Below are positions 39,555 to 51,002 of a DNA stretch of 64,000 bases, in pieces (the first letter of the stretch is position 1; each line of letters begins with the position of its first letter). The stretch lies in the NCBI RefSeq assembly GCF_006345805.1, contig NC_043019.1, positions 7,501,360 to 7,565,359 of the forward strand, read 5' to 3'. The stretch is from Octopus sinensis (Eukaryota). The translations under genes and the position numbers were made by a program. Under the pieces are notes generated by a model. It had not been told where the DNA came from and ran no database searches. It saw only the letters and a list, made by a program, of their open reading frames with translations.

Positions 39555-39880
39555 AAACGTGTGGCTTAGAGGTTAGGGTTTTCGGCTAACGATCGTAAGG
39601 CCATGAGTTCGATTCCTGGCGAGGCCTGCTGTACCCTTGTGCAAGACAATTTATTCTACCTTGCTTTAATCTCCTCGCTTGGCAAAAAGGAATTATATTT
39701 GTACTTCAAATTGTCAGTCTTGTCACATTCTGTATGGTATTGAATCTCCCTGGTAACTACGTTAAGGATACGCGTGTCTGTGGAGTACTCAGCCACTTGC
39801 AAGTTAACTTCACATGCAGGTTGTTCCATTGATCATATCCACTGGAACGCTTAGTGTCGTAACTGATGGAGTTCCTGCAT
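39555..39880 (+). mobile_element. SINE family C, near full length
   Basis: tRNA-like head GTGGCTTAGAGGTTAGGG...GAGTTCGATTCC; tail AACTACGTTAAGGATACGCGTGTCTGTGGAGTACTCAGCCACTTGC...GTCGTAACTGATGGAG. Confidence 0.8.
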
Positions 39881-39989
39881 TCCAGTGACCCATTCTTATT
39901 ACATTCTCTGCGAGAAGTACGTGGAAAGTACACGTGTCTCTATATTGTTTAGCCTCTTGCATACACACACACACACACACACACAATCC

Positions 39990-40140
39990 TAACTTGGAGG
40001 TTCGGCATACGAGATCGATAAAAAAAATGGACCAGGCTTAGAAATGATAAGTACTGATGTCAATTCGTTTGATCGAAATTCCTCGACGTATTGCCACAGC
40101 ATGGTCGTAGTCTAATAACTAAAACAAATAAAAGGTAAAA
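39990..40140 (+). mobile_element. SINE family B tail, diverged
   Basis: GGTTCGGCATACGAGATCGAT...CACAGCATGGTCGTAGTCTAATAACTAAAACAAATAAAAGG. Confidence 0.6.
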
Positions 40141-40705
40141 GATTTGAGGTTGAATGATTAGTTAAGAAGTTGCGGATGTGTCAGGCTGCTAATGCCTGAC
40201 GAAAAGATTGAGTCTCTTTAAGTCCGGGTTATCAGCACTTCGAACGGAAAGTATTGTCCAGGTTATATTTAGTATCGAGGAAAACCAAGAGAGAAAAATG
40301 CATTTAGCGTTGTTAAAGTGGCTAAACGAAGTAAAAGAGATTGTTTGAGTCTATCCGTAATTTTGCTAGGATAAGCTTTATCTCTCAACACATAAGCACA
40401 CACACGCACGCAAACACGAAGACACATATATTGTGTGTGTGTGTGTATGTGTGTATATATATATGTATATATACATAAATACATACAGAGAGAAAGAGAC
40501 AGAGAGTAAGAGAGAGGCAGACAGACACATAGACAGACAGAGAGATAAATAGAGAGATAACTAGAGAGAGAGGTGAGAGAGAGAGATACATGCATTCAGA
40601 CATACCTAAATCTGTGTACGAATCTGTCTATATGGTTCTATGTATAAATAGTCCATTACATACATGCATACACCACATGTAGCTATATATGCATACACAC
40701 ATATG

Positions 40706-40742
<37 letters not shown>

Positions 40743-40829
40743 TAAATATTAGGGAATAAATCCAAATTTACAGGGAAAAAATCAGATTTAGGATTAAATC
40801 GATTTTATAGTAAAATATTATAAAATATT

Positions 40830-41103
40830 TTCGAGACAAAACCACTATTTTGCAAAACAAACAAGGAAAGACTTAATCAATACATAAATTTTAATAAATA
40901 GTCAAAAAAACCGCCACTACAATCGTTTCTTGTCTTGATCGACAATCTTCATAATTTGACACTGAATTATTGGAAGTCCACCTGAAGATTGTCGATCAAG
41001 ACAAGAAACGATTGTAGTGGCGGTTTTTTGACTATTTATTAAAATTTATGTATTGATTAAGTCTTTCCTTGTTTGTTTTGCAAAATAGTGGTTTTGTCTC
41101 GAA
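40830..41103. repeat. Fold-back element: 122/121-bp inverted arms with a 31-nt spacer
   Basis: 40830-40951 is the reverse complement of 40983-41103 apart from one A-run indel; flanked by (TA)n. Confidence 0.95.
40978..41020 (+). ncRNA. Candidate minimal type I hammerhead ribozyme (Penelope-like-element type)
   Basis: CCAC-CTGAAGA-TTGTC-gatcaa-GACAA-GAAA-CGATTG-T-A-GTGG: intact core, stem I 4 bp, stem II 5 bp, near-palindromic helix III ACGATTGT, GUA site after 41016. Confidence 0.7.
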
Positions 41104-41110
41104 TATATTT

Positions 41111-41172
<62 letters not shown>

Positions 41173-41760
41173 TGTGGTGTGTGTGTGTGTGTATATATGT
41201 GTATATGCATATATGTGTGTATATATGTATATATGTATATATATATATGCATGTGTACGGTGTGTGAGTGTGGTCTATATATATAATATATATATATATA
41301 TACCGCATTAAAGAGACAATTTCATTTCGATATACACAATATATATATTCATATAACCCCCATTAATTTCTCAATACACACACATAGCCACTTACATTCA
41401 TACGCACACACACACACACACACACACTACAGTCTGTATTGATATAATGGTTACTTCCGCCGCTATAGATGCGCTCCTAATGCTTTGACTAATTGTTACA
41501 GAATTTTATGGCCGCCATTATCGCAGAAACATTTGTTATGGCTCATTGGATAACTACTCCACACATTGCAGCTACGCATACTTATACATATATGCATACA
41601 TATATACATACATGTATACATACATGTATACATACATGTATACATACTTGTATACATACGTGTGTGTGTAATATTCTTGATTACACGGCCATTATAATTA
41701 CATTTTAATGTAGGACGGAACATTTCTTATACAGAGGATATATTCATTTATTCCTGTTTT

Positions 41761-41817
41761 TATACTTACAGTTCGCACACTATTTCTCTGTTTTAACACA
41801 GAATCTTCAGAGGTCAA
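41761..41817 (-). ncRNA. Candidate type I hammerhead, partly decayed, with looped helix III
   Basis: Minus strand TTGACCT-CTGAAGA-T-TCTGT-gttaaa-ACAGA-GAAA-TAG-tgtgcgaa-CTG-T-A-AGTATAA. Confidence 0.45.
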
Positions 41818-42187
41818 CTTTTCTCGTATCAATACTGTTCATCAGTAATCGATGAGTCTACTTTTATTTCGAAAGTTACGCTGTTTTATACGAGGATATT
41901 ACTGTAAACATTTGAAGTGCAATTCTTACAACCATTTATGGAAACCTACTGATGGTTTAAACGGTCTTTTATTATTTTTTATCATACTCGTGTATTGCTC
42001 GCTAAATAATTGCGGATACACACCTACTTTTAAAGATATATCGAGTAAATATTTTTCAAAAAAATTTCTAATGAACTTTAATTAATTAATGAAATTTTAT
42101 TAAAGATATAACTGTGAGATATTTCCTCCTTACGTTCTAATTAACACCTTAACAAACCTAGATGCTATTTTGATTCTAAATATGTAA

Positions 42188-42669
42188 GGCGGCGAGCTGG
42201 CAGAATCGTTAGCACGCCGGGCGAAATGCTTAGCGGTATTTCGTCTGCCGTTGTGAGTTCAAATTCCGCCGAGGTCGACTTTGCCTTTCATCCTTTCGGG
42301 GTCGATAAATTAAGTACCAGTTACGCACTGGGGTCGATGTAATCGACTTAATACCTATGTCTGTCCTTGTTTGTCCCCTCTGTGTTTAGCCCCTTGTGGG
42401 TAATAAAGAAATAGGTATTTCGTCTGCCGTCACGTTCTGAGTTCAAATTCCGCCGAGGTCGACTTTGCCTTTCATCCTTCCGGGGTCGATTAAATAAGTA
42501 CCAGTTACGCACTGGGGTCGATATAATCGATTTAATCCGTTTGTCTGTCCTTCTTTGTCCTCTATGTGTTTAACCCCTTGTGGGTAGTAAAGAAATAGGT
42601 ATTTCGTCTGCCGCTACGTTCTCCGACGAGGTCGACTTTGCCCTTCATCCTTTCAGGGTCGATAAATTA
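42188..42669 (+). mobile_element. SINE family A concatemer: one head plus about 2.4 body units
   Basis: GGCGGCGAGCTGGCAGAATCGTTAGC head; GGTATTTCGTCTGCCG recurs at 42235, 42414 and 42598. Confidence 0.92.
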
Positions 42670-42904
42670 ACCCATTAAGTCCCGGATGACTTAAATCTTT
42701 GAATATTACTTTTAATTTTTTAAAGATGATTGAAAATAGGTTAAAATGACAAAAAATAATTATTAAGACTCCTTTATTTCAAGTAGAAATGGAAATACTC
42801 GGTGTCTATAAATAGGACACTGAGACAATGTGATTTAGCTTATTTAATGTTCTCATATAGGGTCCTATCTGTAGTGCAAGTTGTTCGCATACACATTCAT
42901 AGAT

Positions 42905-43062
42905 ACGTGTGCGACATTTCATTTTCCTTCTACGAAATCCACTCGCAAGGCTTTGGTCAGCCTAGAATTGTAGAAGACATCTGCCTAAGGTGCCATGCAG
43001 TGGGGCTGAACCCAGTATCACATGACTGAAATGCGAGCTTCATAACCGCACACTCACGCCTG
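42905..43062 (-). mobile_element. SINE family B 5' half
   Basis: TCTACGAAATCCACTCGCAAGGCTTTGGTCAGCC...AAGGTGCCATGCAGTGGGGCTGAACCC. Confidence 0.8.
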
Positions 43063-44177
43063 TATTCTAATATAAACCAAACCGCCCGGATGAGAACTAT
43101 ATATGCATTTGAGTGCTTGTGTGTGTGAAGATCGAAATATATAAAAAGAGACAGACAGACAGAAGGTCTTATGAATTTCTGTATGTGCATATTGGAATGT
43201 ATCTGTAACGACATATGTTGGTGATGTGTTCGCAGATAAAGCGTTCGTTTATAACTGATTTTGTCATTTTCTGAAGCTTACACTCCATTGACTTTCATTT
43301 CGGAAGTCAATAGTTAAAGTGAATATCTCATGTGTGTGCGCGTTTATGCGAGCCTGTGGGTTTGTGTGTGTATTTCTGTATGTGCAATGTGTATCATTAT
43401 ACGACTATACATACATCATATATACATATATATATATATATATATGTGTGTGTGTATGCATATATACTCATATACATGTATGTATATGCGCACTATAACT
43501 ACATAATTACATACAAAATACATGCATATATCTGTAGATATATATATATACATTTACATATAAATATATATATAGTGTAAGTATGTATACATGTATTTAT
43601 ATATATATGTAGGTGTGTATATACATATGTGTGTAAATGTGTGTAGGTATGTAATCATGCTATCATAGAAATATACATCTGTCTACACATCCATCCATCC
43701 CATTCATGCAATCTATTAAACATCCGTTGCTGCTGATAGCTGGTGGATGGCGGTGATTCTAGATTTCTGTCCACTACAATGACACTTAATTATTTAAAAC
43801 CTAAATGTTAAGATTCGAAACAAAACGAAAAACAAAACATTGACAAACAAAAGCGGAGGTCCTAAACAATGCAGACCGATATCACAGCACTTAACACGTC
43901 TAGCTAAACACAGCGTTTATTATCTAGAAAACGGCAGCCATTTTGAATGCATACAGTTCGTGATTCCGCCACTAATGGACGTAAACGTAGTTGTAATAGC
44001 AGTTACGGCAACCGCGGTAGTAGCGGTGCATGCGGCGGCAGCAGCAGCTACAATAATAATGACAGCAGCAGCAGAAGCAGGAATAGTAGCAGCAGCAACA
44101 TTAATAACACCTGTAGCAGCAATAGTTGCATGAGCTGCAGCAGTGAAAACACCTGCAGCAATATATGCATATTCAAA

Positions 44178-44381
44178 GGCGGTGAGCTGGCAGAAACGTT
44201 AGCACCATGGGCGAAATGCTTAGCCATATTTTGTCTCTATGTTCAAAGTTCAAATTCCGCCGAGGTCGACTTTGCCTTTCATCCTTTCGGGGTCGACAAA
44301 TTAAGTATCTGTTGCGTACTGGAGTCGATCTAATCGACTGGCCCCCTCCCCAAAACTGTTGGGCGTTGTGCTTAGAGCAGA

Positions 44382-44383
<2 letters not shown>
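44178..44383 (+). mobile_element. SINE family A, full length, possible 13-bp target-site duplication
   Basis: GGCGGTGAGCTGGCAGAAACGTTAGC...; ATATATGCATATT occurs at 44161-44173 and 44404-44416. Confidence 0.88.
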
Positions 44384-44412
<29 letters not shown>

Positions 44413-44438
44413 TATTTACTTTTACTCGAGTCGTAATA

Positions 44439-44850
44439 CAATCTGTTCGGGATAAATTTGATAGTTTCCGTTAGTTTCTGTAAATGGAAACGAAAGCACA
44501 AATCCCATTCAAAAGTGAAATATTTTTTAAAAACTAAAAGAATACTAACTAGATTATGGTTGGTGGGGGTATGTTTACTCAAAGTAGCAGCCAACAACTT
44601 CCGGCACGACCTCATGGCGATCCAGAAACTGGTGTATGCATTCCTCAGTGTCCCCGGGGGAGATTTCCGAACACCTCCTTGATATTGGCCACTATCTCAG
44701 CAGATCGGTTGGTATCTTTATCAACCATGCCTCACATATAGTAATCCGTATTACTATAGTGGGGAATTCAGGGGTCAGAAATTGGGGCTGATGAAATCTG
44801 AAATATTCTCCGACAACCACTTCTGACTCTTTCCTCAGTTACAGCTTTAA
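44439..44850 (-). pseudogene. Decayed Tc1/mariner transposase C-terminus (maT/DD37D-like) and right end
   Basis: Minus strand with frameshifts: KSQKWLSENISDFISPNF*PLNSP / DYYM*GMVDKDTNRSAEIVANIKEVFGNLPR / ...EVVGCYFE*; probable TIR TA|CAATCTGTTCGGGATAAATT at 44437. Confidence 0.75.
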
Positions 44851-45160
44851 TATTTATGTTCTCCAACGCGGTTGACATTTCACCAATTCCCCAAACTGTT
44901 CCTGAGAAAATAAGACGTAAAATATTGTCGAATTGAACTTGAACAGCCTGCAGCAACAGCAGCTGTAATCACACCAGCAGCAGCGGCGTTCAAGAATTTG
45001 GACCTGGAAATCTCCATTTCCAGCGACTTCGAGCGCCACACATACACACACACACACGAACGAACAAATACCATTCAGATAAATGAAACAATGAGGGTGA
45101 AATTACAAGTTTGCACGTTTAAACGCAACTCCGTTCATCGGGTTCATCGTTAAGTTACAG

Positions 45161-45238
45161 GTGAGCAGTGAAACCCGTTGCATGTTGAACGTTTCAGAAT
45201 GAACTTGCCGTTTCTATTTCCTCCTTTGTATCTTCCAG
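45161..45238 (+). other. Candidate 78-nt intron (unverified)
   Basis: Strong donor CAG|GTGAGC and strong acceptor TTTCTATTTCCTCCTTTGTATCTTCCAG|; flanking frames are short. Confidence 0.25.
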
Positions 45239-47489
45239 ACATGCATAAATACATACATTGTATTAAATGTCTATGCATAAAATGATGTGATTTGTTTAGC
45301 ATCAAAATAGACCTGGACGTATATATTTGGATCAAAATCGTTCCAACTGAGACCATCGCGTCTTTATTCAGACACTGAATCTAGAACATTATTCAATGTG
45401 CCAGACTTTTCCAAAAACACTAGGATGCTACTTGAGAAGGATTTGCTTGTTATTCCTAAAATCTCTGCCGAACACCTATTTGTAGTGTTTAGGTTTGTTG
45501 CTATGGCACGGCGCTGTGTATGGCTGTGTATGATCGCATACGACCGCGCATGCGTGTGTATTTAAATATACATTTGTATGTGCGTATGCTACCATGCTTG
45601 TATTTCAGTACACATGTTTAAGTTGAACTACGGTTGAACTTACGCATAATGATGTAATGTCTACTTGTCCTGTGTGTGTGTGAGTGTGTGTGAGTGTGTT
45701 TCTATATGTATGCGTGAATGAGTTTGTAAAGATGTGTAAGTATGTGTGTATTAATATTTGTATACACTTCTCTCACTCTATATATATATATATCAATATG
45801 TGTGAGTATACATATTCATATATACACACATATATATATTATTTTTACATATATTATGAATATATATTTAGGCAGCTATTTATGTGTATATGTATGTAAG
45901 TAGGTATGTAAATACGTACGTATGTATGTACGTACTTATATACCTATGTATGTATGTATGTATGAATGTATGTATGCATTATGTGTGTATGTATGTATGT
46001 ATTATGTATGTATATGTTTATGTAAGTATGCATGTATGTGTGCATGTAATTACGAATATATGTATATATGTACGTGTATATGCATGTAAGTATGTATGTA
46101 TGTACGTATATTTGTATATGTGTATGTACGTATGTATGTACATAAGTATGTATAAACGTATGTCAATATGAATTTTCCTTGTATGTAAGCCAATATATGT
46201 ATCTTTTGTGTGAATATCAACGTCTATGTGTTTGTGAGTATGTGTATGTATATGGCCGTATGTGTCTGTGTACGCATCTCTACTCGTATGTGTGAATGTA
46301 TTTGTGTGGTTGGCCTAGTTCGTCTGTGTATCTAGGTGTGTGCTGTGAATATTTTTCACTTCGTATTTTTGCATTTCTCAAGGGAAATCAAGGTAGAATC
46401 CACACACACACACACACACACACACACCTTTCTCTCTCCTCTTTTCCTCTTTCCTTCTCTCCCCGACTCCACCACCTCTGTCTTCCTCCATCTCCCATCT
46501 TCTTCAATCTATCTCACTTTACCTGTCTCTGTCTTCCTATTTATCTCTCTCTCTCTCTCTCCCTCATTCACACCCAATCGCTCTCAATATTGGCCTGATT
46601 TAATATAGTTTAGTGCTCTGTGGTTAGAGAAACAATATGGCTGGGTGCTGTGTTGCTGGGTATTTAATGCTGCGTTGAGGATTGTGGTGTACAGATGTGT
46701 TTCGTACGGCGTGGTGGGGCTTAGTGATATTTAACATACTACTAGGTATTGGTCGCGGGTGTGGAATAAGTATGATTGTAGGGTGTTATGTACTTTTTGT
46801 GTATACAGTGTAGGAGAGTGTAGCATGAAGGTATGTATAAGAATAGAGTGCGGTATGTTGTGGCGTTTAGTGGTGAATGGCGGACGTTTATGGGAAGGGA
46901 AAAGTGATGAACACAACGTGAATAAGACGCTTGAAGAAACAGGAATATATCAATAGAGATGGACAGAGAAAGGTAGGTAGATAGATACATACATACAGAG
47001 ATAGACAGATATGTAGGCAGACAGACAGAAAGACAGATAGACAGAAAGAGAGATAGATAGTCAGACAGACATAAATAGATAGACAGATAGATAGACAGGA
47101 AGAACGATAAATGGTATATATATATGTACATGTGTGTGCATTATATATATATATATATATACATACAAGTATATTAATACATACATACATATATGTATGA
47201 ATATATATTTTTGTTTTTGTTATTTTCTTTTTTCTTCCTTTTCTCTTCGTCTTTGTTTAAGAGATTGGTTTTTGAACAATATTGCTTCACTCGTAGCCCA
47301 CCAATATTATTTTGATAGAAATATCAAGAAAAAATTCTATTCTTTGGTAATATAAAGAGAAAAACTTACCATTTTAAATATTAATTTGCGAAATGTGTAG
47401 CTCATGCGTCTTTATACCAAATAATAATAATAATAATAACAATAATAATAATAATAATAATAATGATAATATTAATAATAATAATAATC

Positions 47490-47670
47490 CTTACTATATT
47501 GTAGGCATAAGGCCTGAAATTTCGGTGGTGAGGTAAGTCGATTACATCCACCCCAGTACATAACTGGTAAATATTTCAACGACATGGAACGGATGAAGGG
47601 CAAAGTCGACCTCAACAGAATTTGAAATCAAAACGTGAGGACGAACAAAATGGCGTTGGGCGTTTTGCCC
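47490..47670 (-). mobile_element. SINE family A, diverged
   Basis: GTCGATTACATCCACCCCAGTAC...GGATGAAGGGCAAAGTCGACCTC...AATTTGAAATC. Confidence 0.75.
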
Positions 47671-47829
47671 AATAATAATAATAATTGCTTGACCAGCACA
47701 TTAAACAAACGATCGATTTGTTAGTTGGTCAGAATATTTAACCAGTTTGCCAAAGAAGTGAAATTGAACCGGTGCGTTATTGGGCTAATGACCCTTCCAA
47801 GGCAACAATAATAGGCGTTCTTTCTTATT

Positions 47830-47950
47830 GTGGCACAAATCCACCCACTTTGCGGGTGGATTCCATTGACTCCAGTACACGAATGGTACTTTATTTTATA
47901 CCCGCGAAAGGCTGAAGAGCAAAGTTGCGCTCGGTGTCATTTCAACCTAA
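47830..47950 (-). mobile_element. SINE family A fragment, old
   Basis: GACTCCAGTACACGAATGGTACTTTATTTTATACCCGCGAAAGGCTGAAGAGCAAAGTTGCGCTCGG. Confidence 0.6.
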
Positions 47951-48582
47951 ACAGGACTACGAAATTCTTTGATAGAGAAGGACAGATAATTCTTCTGTTG
48001 CACAATAGCTATGGCGAAAGAGGATGTATTTTGGACCTGGTTAAGATGATTGAAAACAGACACGTCCCTTTTTGTGTCGGTTAAGCTTCAATCAACTTCT
48101 TCAAGTTTCACTTGGAAAAAATTTTATAGCGAAGTTTTATCAAAGACTGAAATATGAATTTCCTGGTTTTGATTCATTTGGTAATTTTCAAGATTTACGC
48201 GAGATATTTTTATATTCTTGTTCTTAGTGAAGGTTCCACGGTTTTTTTTTAAAATACTTGAATCCACCTCCTATGACATTGTATAGTCGCCATTTAAGGA
48301 GATGTATTGTTGTCAAGATCTCCAATGGAAGGATGACATATTCGCAGAATTAGATTCCAGGAGATTTCCGTTTTTCAGAAGCAATACATTTAATACTTTT
48401 TCTGAAAAACATAATTGTGCTTGCTCAAAATTCGAAAAATCTGACAATATTAAGGTATTGCAGTCGAGTTTATTTCAGATATTCTCATTTAAAAAATCAT
48501 TTTTGGCTAATCGTTGAGATGACATTGGTGTTGCCTTGGCGGAGGTTTCCGCTCTGAGTGCTCTTATTATTATTATTATTAT

Positions 48583-48632
<50 letters not shown>

Positions 48633-49319
48633 TATTAATCATCATTATTACCATCATCTTCATCATTATTAGGGCGACGAGCTGACAGAATCTTTAGTAC
48701 GCCGGACAAAAGGCCTCCAACCAGGCCTTTCGCGACACCCTTAGAACCAAGAACTTTTCAGCACCAACTCGTATGACCGTAACGAATATGCGACAGTAAA
48801 TAGTAAAATTTGATAAACACGAAACTATTGTCATTTATGATTTCTTCATACGTGACTATAAGCATGCCAGGTATCGGAAGGAAATATTTTGTGCTACTAA
48901 AATATGCATTAAGAATTTTGACCGACATTTCTGCTGTAAAGTAAACCATTTGCAAATATATTTAATACTATTTGCACATCTCCATCGACGCGATCATATC
49001 TATAAATAAATGTATAGCTGTATACCTATATCTGTGAGTCCGTATTTGTTTCTGTGTGTTTATTATCATGAATGTTGTATATGGCTGAATTGTTATTGTC
49101 CATGACGGTCGCTACTCTTACAAGACTGCTGAGATTGAGGCCGTTCATGTTCAGCTTACAGTATTGCAGATCAACAGATGAAAGATATTAGCAGAGTGAG
49201 GATTCCAGCAGGTTACGTTCTGTGAAGACAAGACTGGGTATTAGAATTAGTGCAACACAGAAGAGGTTCGACACATTAAGTGTAATGAGATGTGAAATGA
49301 TTTGAATATCCTTTTCCAT

Positions 49320-49646
49320 TCTAGGCACAAGGCCCGAAATATTTTGGGAGGGGGCCAGTCGATTAGATCGACCAGAGTACTCAACTGCTACTTAATTTAT
49401 CGACCCCGAAAGGATGAAAGGCAAAGTCGACTTCGGCGGAATTTGAACTCAGAACGTGGCGGCAGACGAAATACCTATTTCTTTACTGCCCACAAGGGGC
49501 TAAACACAGAAAGGACAGACAAGGACAGACATACGGATTAAGTAGATTATATAGCCCCCAGTGCGTAACTGGTCCTTAATTTATCGACCCCGAAAGGATG
49601 AAAGGCAAAGTCGACCTCGGCGGAATTTGAACTCAGAACGTAAAGA
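49320..49646 (-). mobile_element. SINE family A headless dimer (concatemer type)
   Basis: Two copies of TTTATCGACCCCGAAAGGATGAAAGGCAAAGTCGAC joined through AATACC (GGTATT on the minus strand) at 49470-49475. Confidence 0.9.
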
Positions 49647-49967
49647 CATACCGCTGTGTATACGTAAACGTATATATATGTGCGTGGTTGTGCATATGTA
49701 TTAACAGTTACGCTTCTGTATTGCCCCTTATGATGTTTAAAAAAGTGACCTCCTTGAGCTGACTAAATCATTGGAGAATCGGTACCAAAGATTGTGGTAT
49801 TTATTAGGCATGTAAAAGCACTGAGACAACATTTACCTTCCGTCCCTGCAGATTCGATAGCAAAAGTACCAGTGAAATACTGGGGTTAGCAAGGTTGAAT
49901 AACACCGTACTCCCCAGTTGATGACCACGTGCCTCAAACAGAAACTATAACTATCACCATTTCAAAG

Positions 49968-50240
49968 AAGGAGAACTGACAGAATCGTTTGCAAGCCGGA
50001 AAAAATGTATAGCAGTGTTTCGCCGTCTTTACATTCTAAGTCCAAATAACGCCGGGATCGACTTTACCTTTCATCCTTTTGGGGTCGATAAAATAAGTAC
50101 CAGTTAAGAAATAAGATCGACATAATCGACTAGCCCCCTTCCTCAATTTTCGGTTAAAAAATGGAATCGATGTAATCGAGAAGACCACCCCCACTCCCTC
50201 AAATTTCAGCCCTTTCTGTCTACAGCAGAAAGGATTATTA
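49968..50240 (+). mobile_element. SINE family A, diverged, with partly duplicated tail
   Basis: GAACTGACAGAATCGTTTGC...GATCGACTTTACCTTTCATCCTTTTGGGGTCGATAAAATAAGTACCAG...ATCGATGTAATCGA. Confidence 0.75.
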
Positions 50241-50881
50241 TTGCCACTTCAACAATGGTTCCGATGCCAGTGTTTCTGTTCAGAGACAATTCACATCAAA
50301 CGAGTCTGAATCAAAGAAACCTTCTTCAGAATCCCACCAATTCCCAATTATCTCAATTCCCCACCTATCTCGATTCCAAATTAAGCTTACCATTTTTTTC
50401 CCATTTCCCTATTGTTACTGCACCGCAGGGCAACCACAAACTATTTCTGGAATCACTTCAAGCATTTTTGCAGCTTCACTTTGTTTTTAATCTCACTTTC
50501 AAGAACTTCATGCCACTATTTCGTTTCCATTTCCTTTCCGCATGGTCTGTCAGCCCCAGAGATTCTACATTATTTATCGAACAATGTCTTTTCTCGCATT
50601 CAACGTTAACAAAATCAGCTGTCCGCTCGTATATCATGACGATATAGAAATTATCAAGAGTACAATGTGTGACGAAATGCTGCCATCTTCCAACATGAAT
50701 ATGCGTTACAATCTGCCAATTCTCTTTTGCTCCCATTACTGTTGTTGTTGATTCTATTGGCCTTGTGTTGTTCTTGTGACTGTTATCGTAATAATTCAGT
50801 ACAACTATTAGCAACAGTCTTCCAGACATTACCATACCTGCTTCATTTCTGTGGCCAGGTGAATCACAAAAGGGCTTAGTC

Positions 50882-50932
<51 letters not shown>

Positions 50933-51002
50933 TTTTAAAAAAATAAGGAAATAGACATATAGCACTAAATGAAAATTTATAATCTGCAAAAATGAAACGA
51001 AT

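Noticed and set aside
42188-42300. tRNA-like A/B boxes at SINE heads (here and at other copies)
   Set aside because: No cloverleaf or acceptor stem, and each is fused to a repeated SINE body, so they are not tRNA genes.
44880-45017. Minus-strand 45-aa ORF MEISRSKFLNAAAAGVITAAVAAGCSSS..., resembling a bacterial Tat/lipoprotein signal peptide
   Set aside because: It lacks the twin arginines, the Ala run comes from a degenerate (GCT/CAG)n tract, it stops soon after, and the context is eukaryotic repeat DNA with no bacterial-like neighbours.
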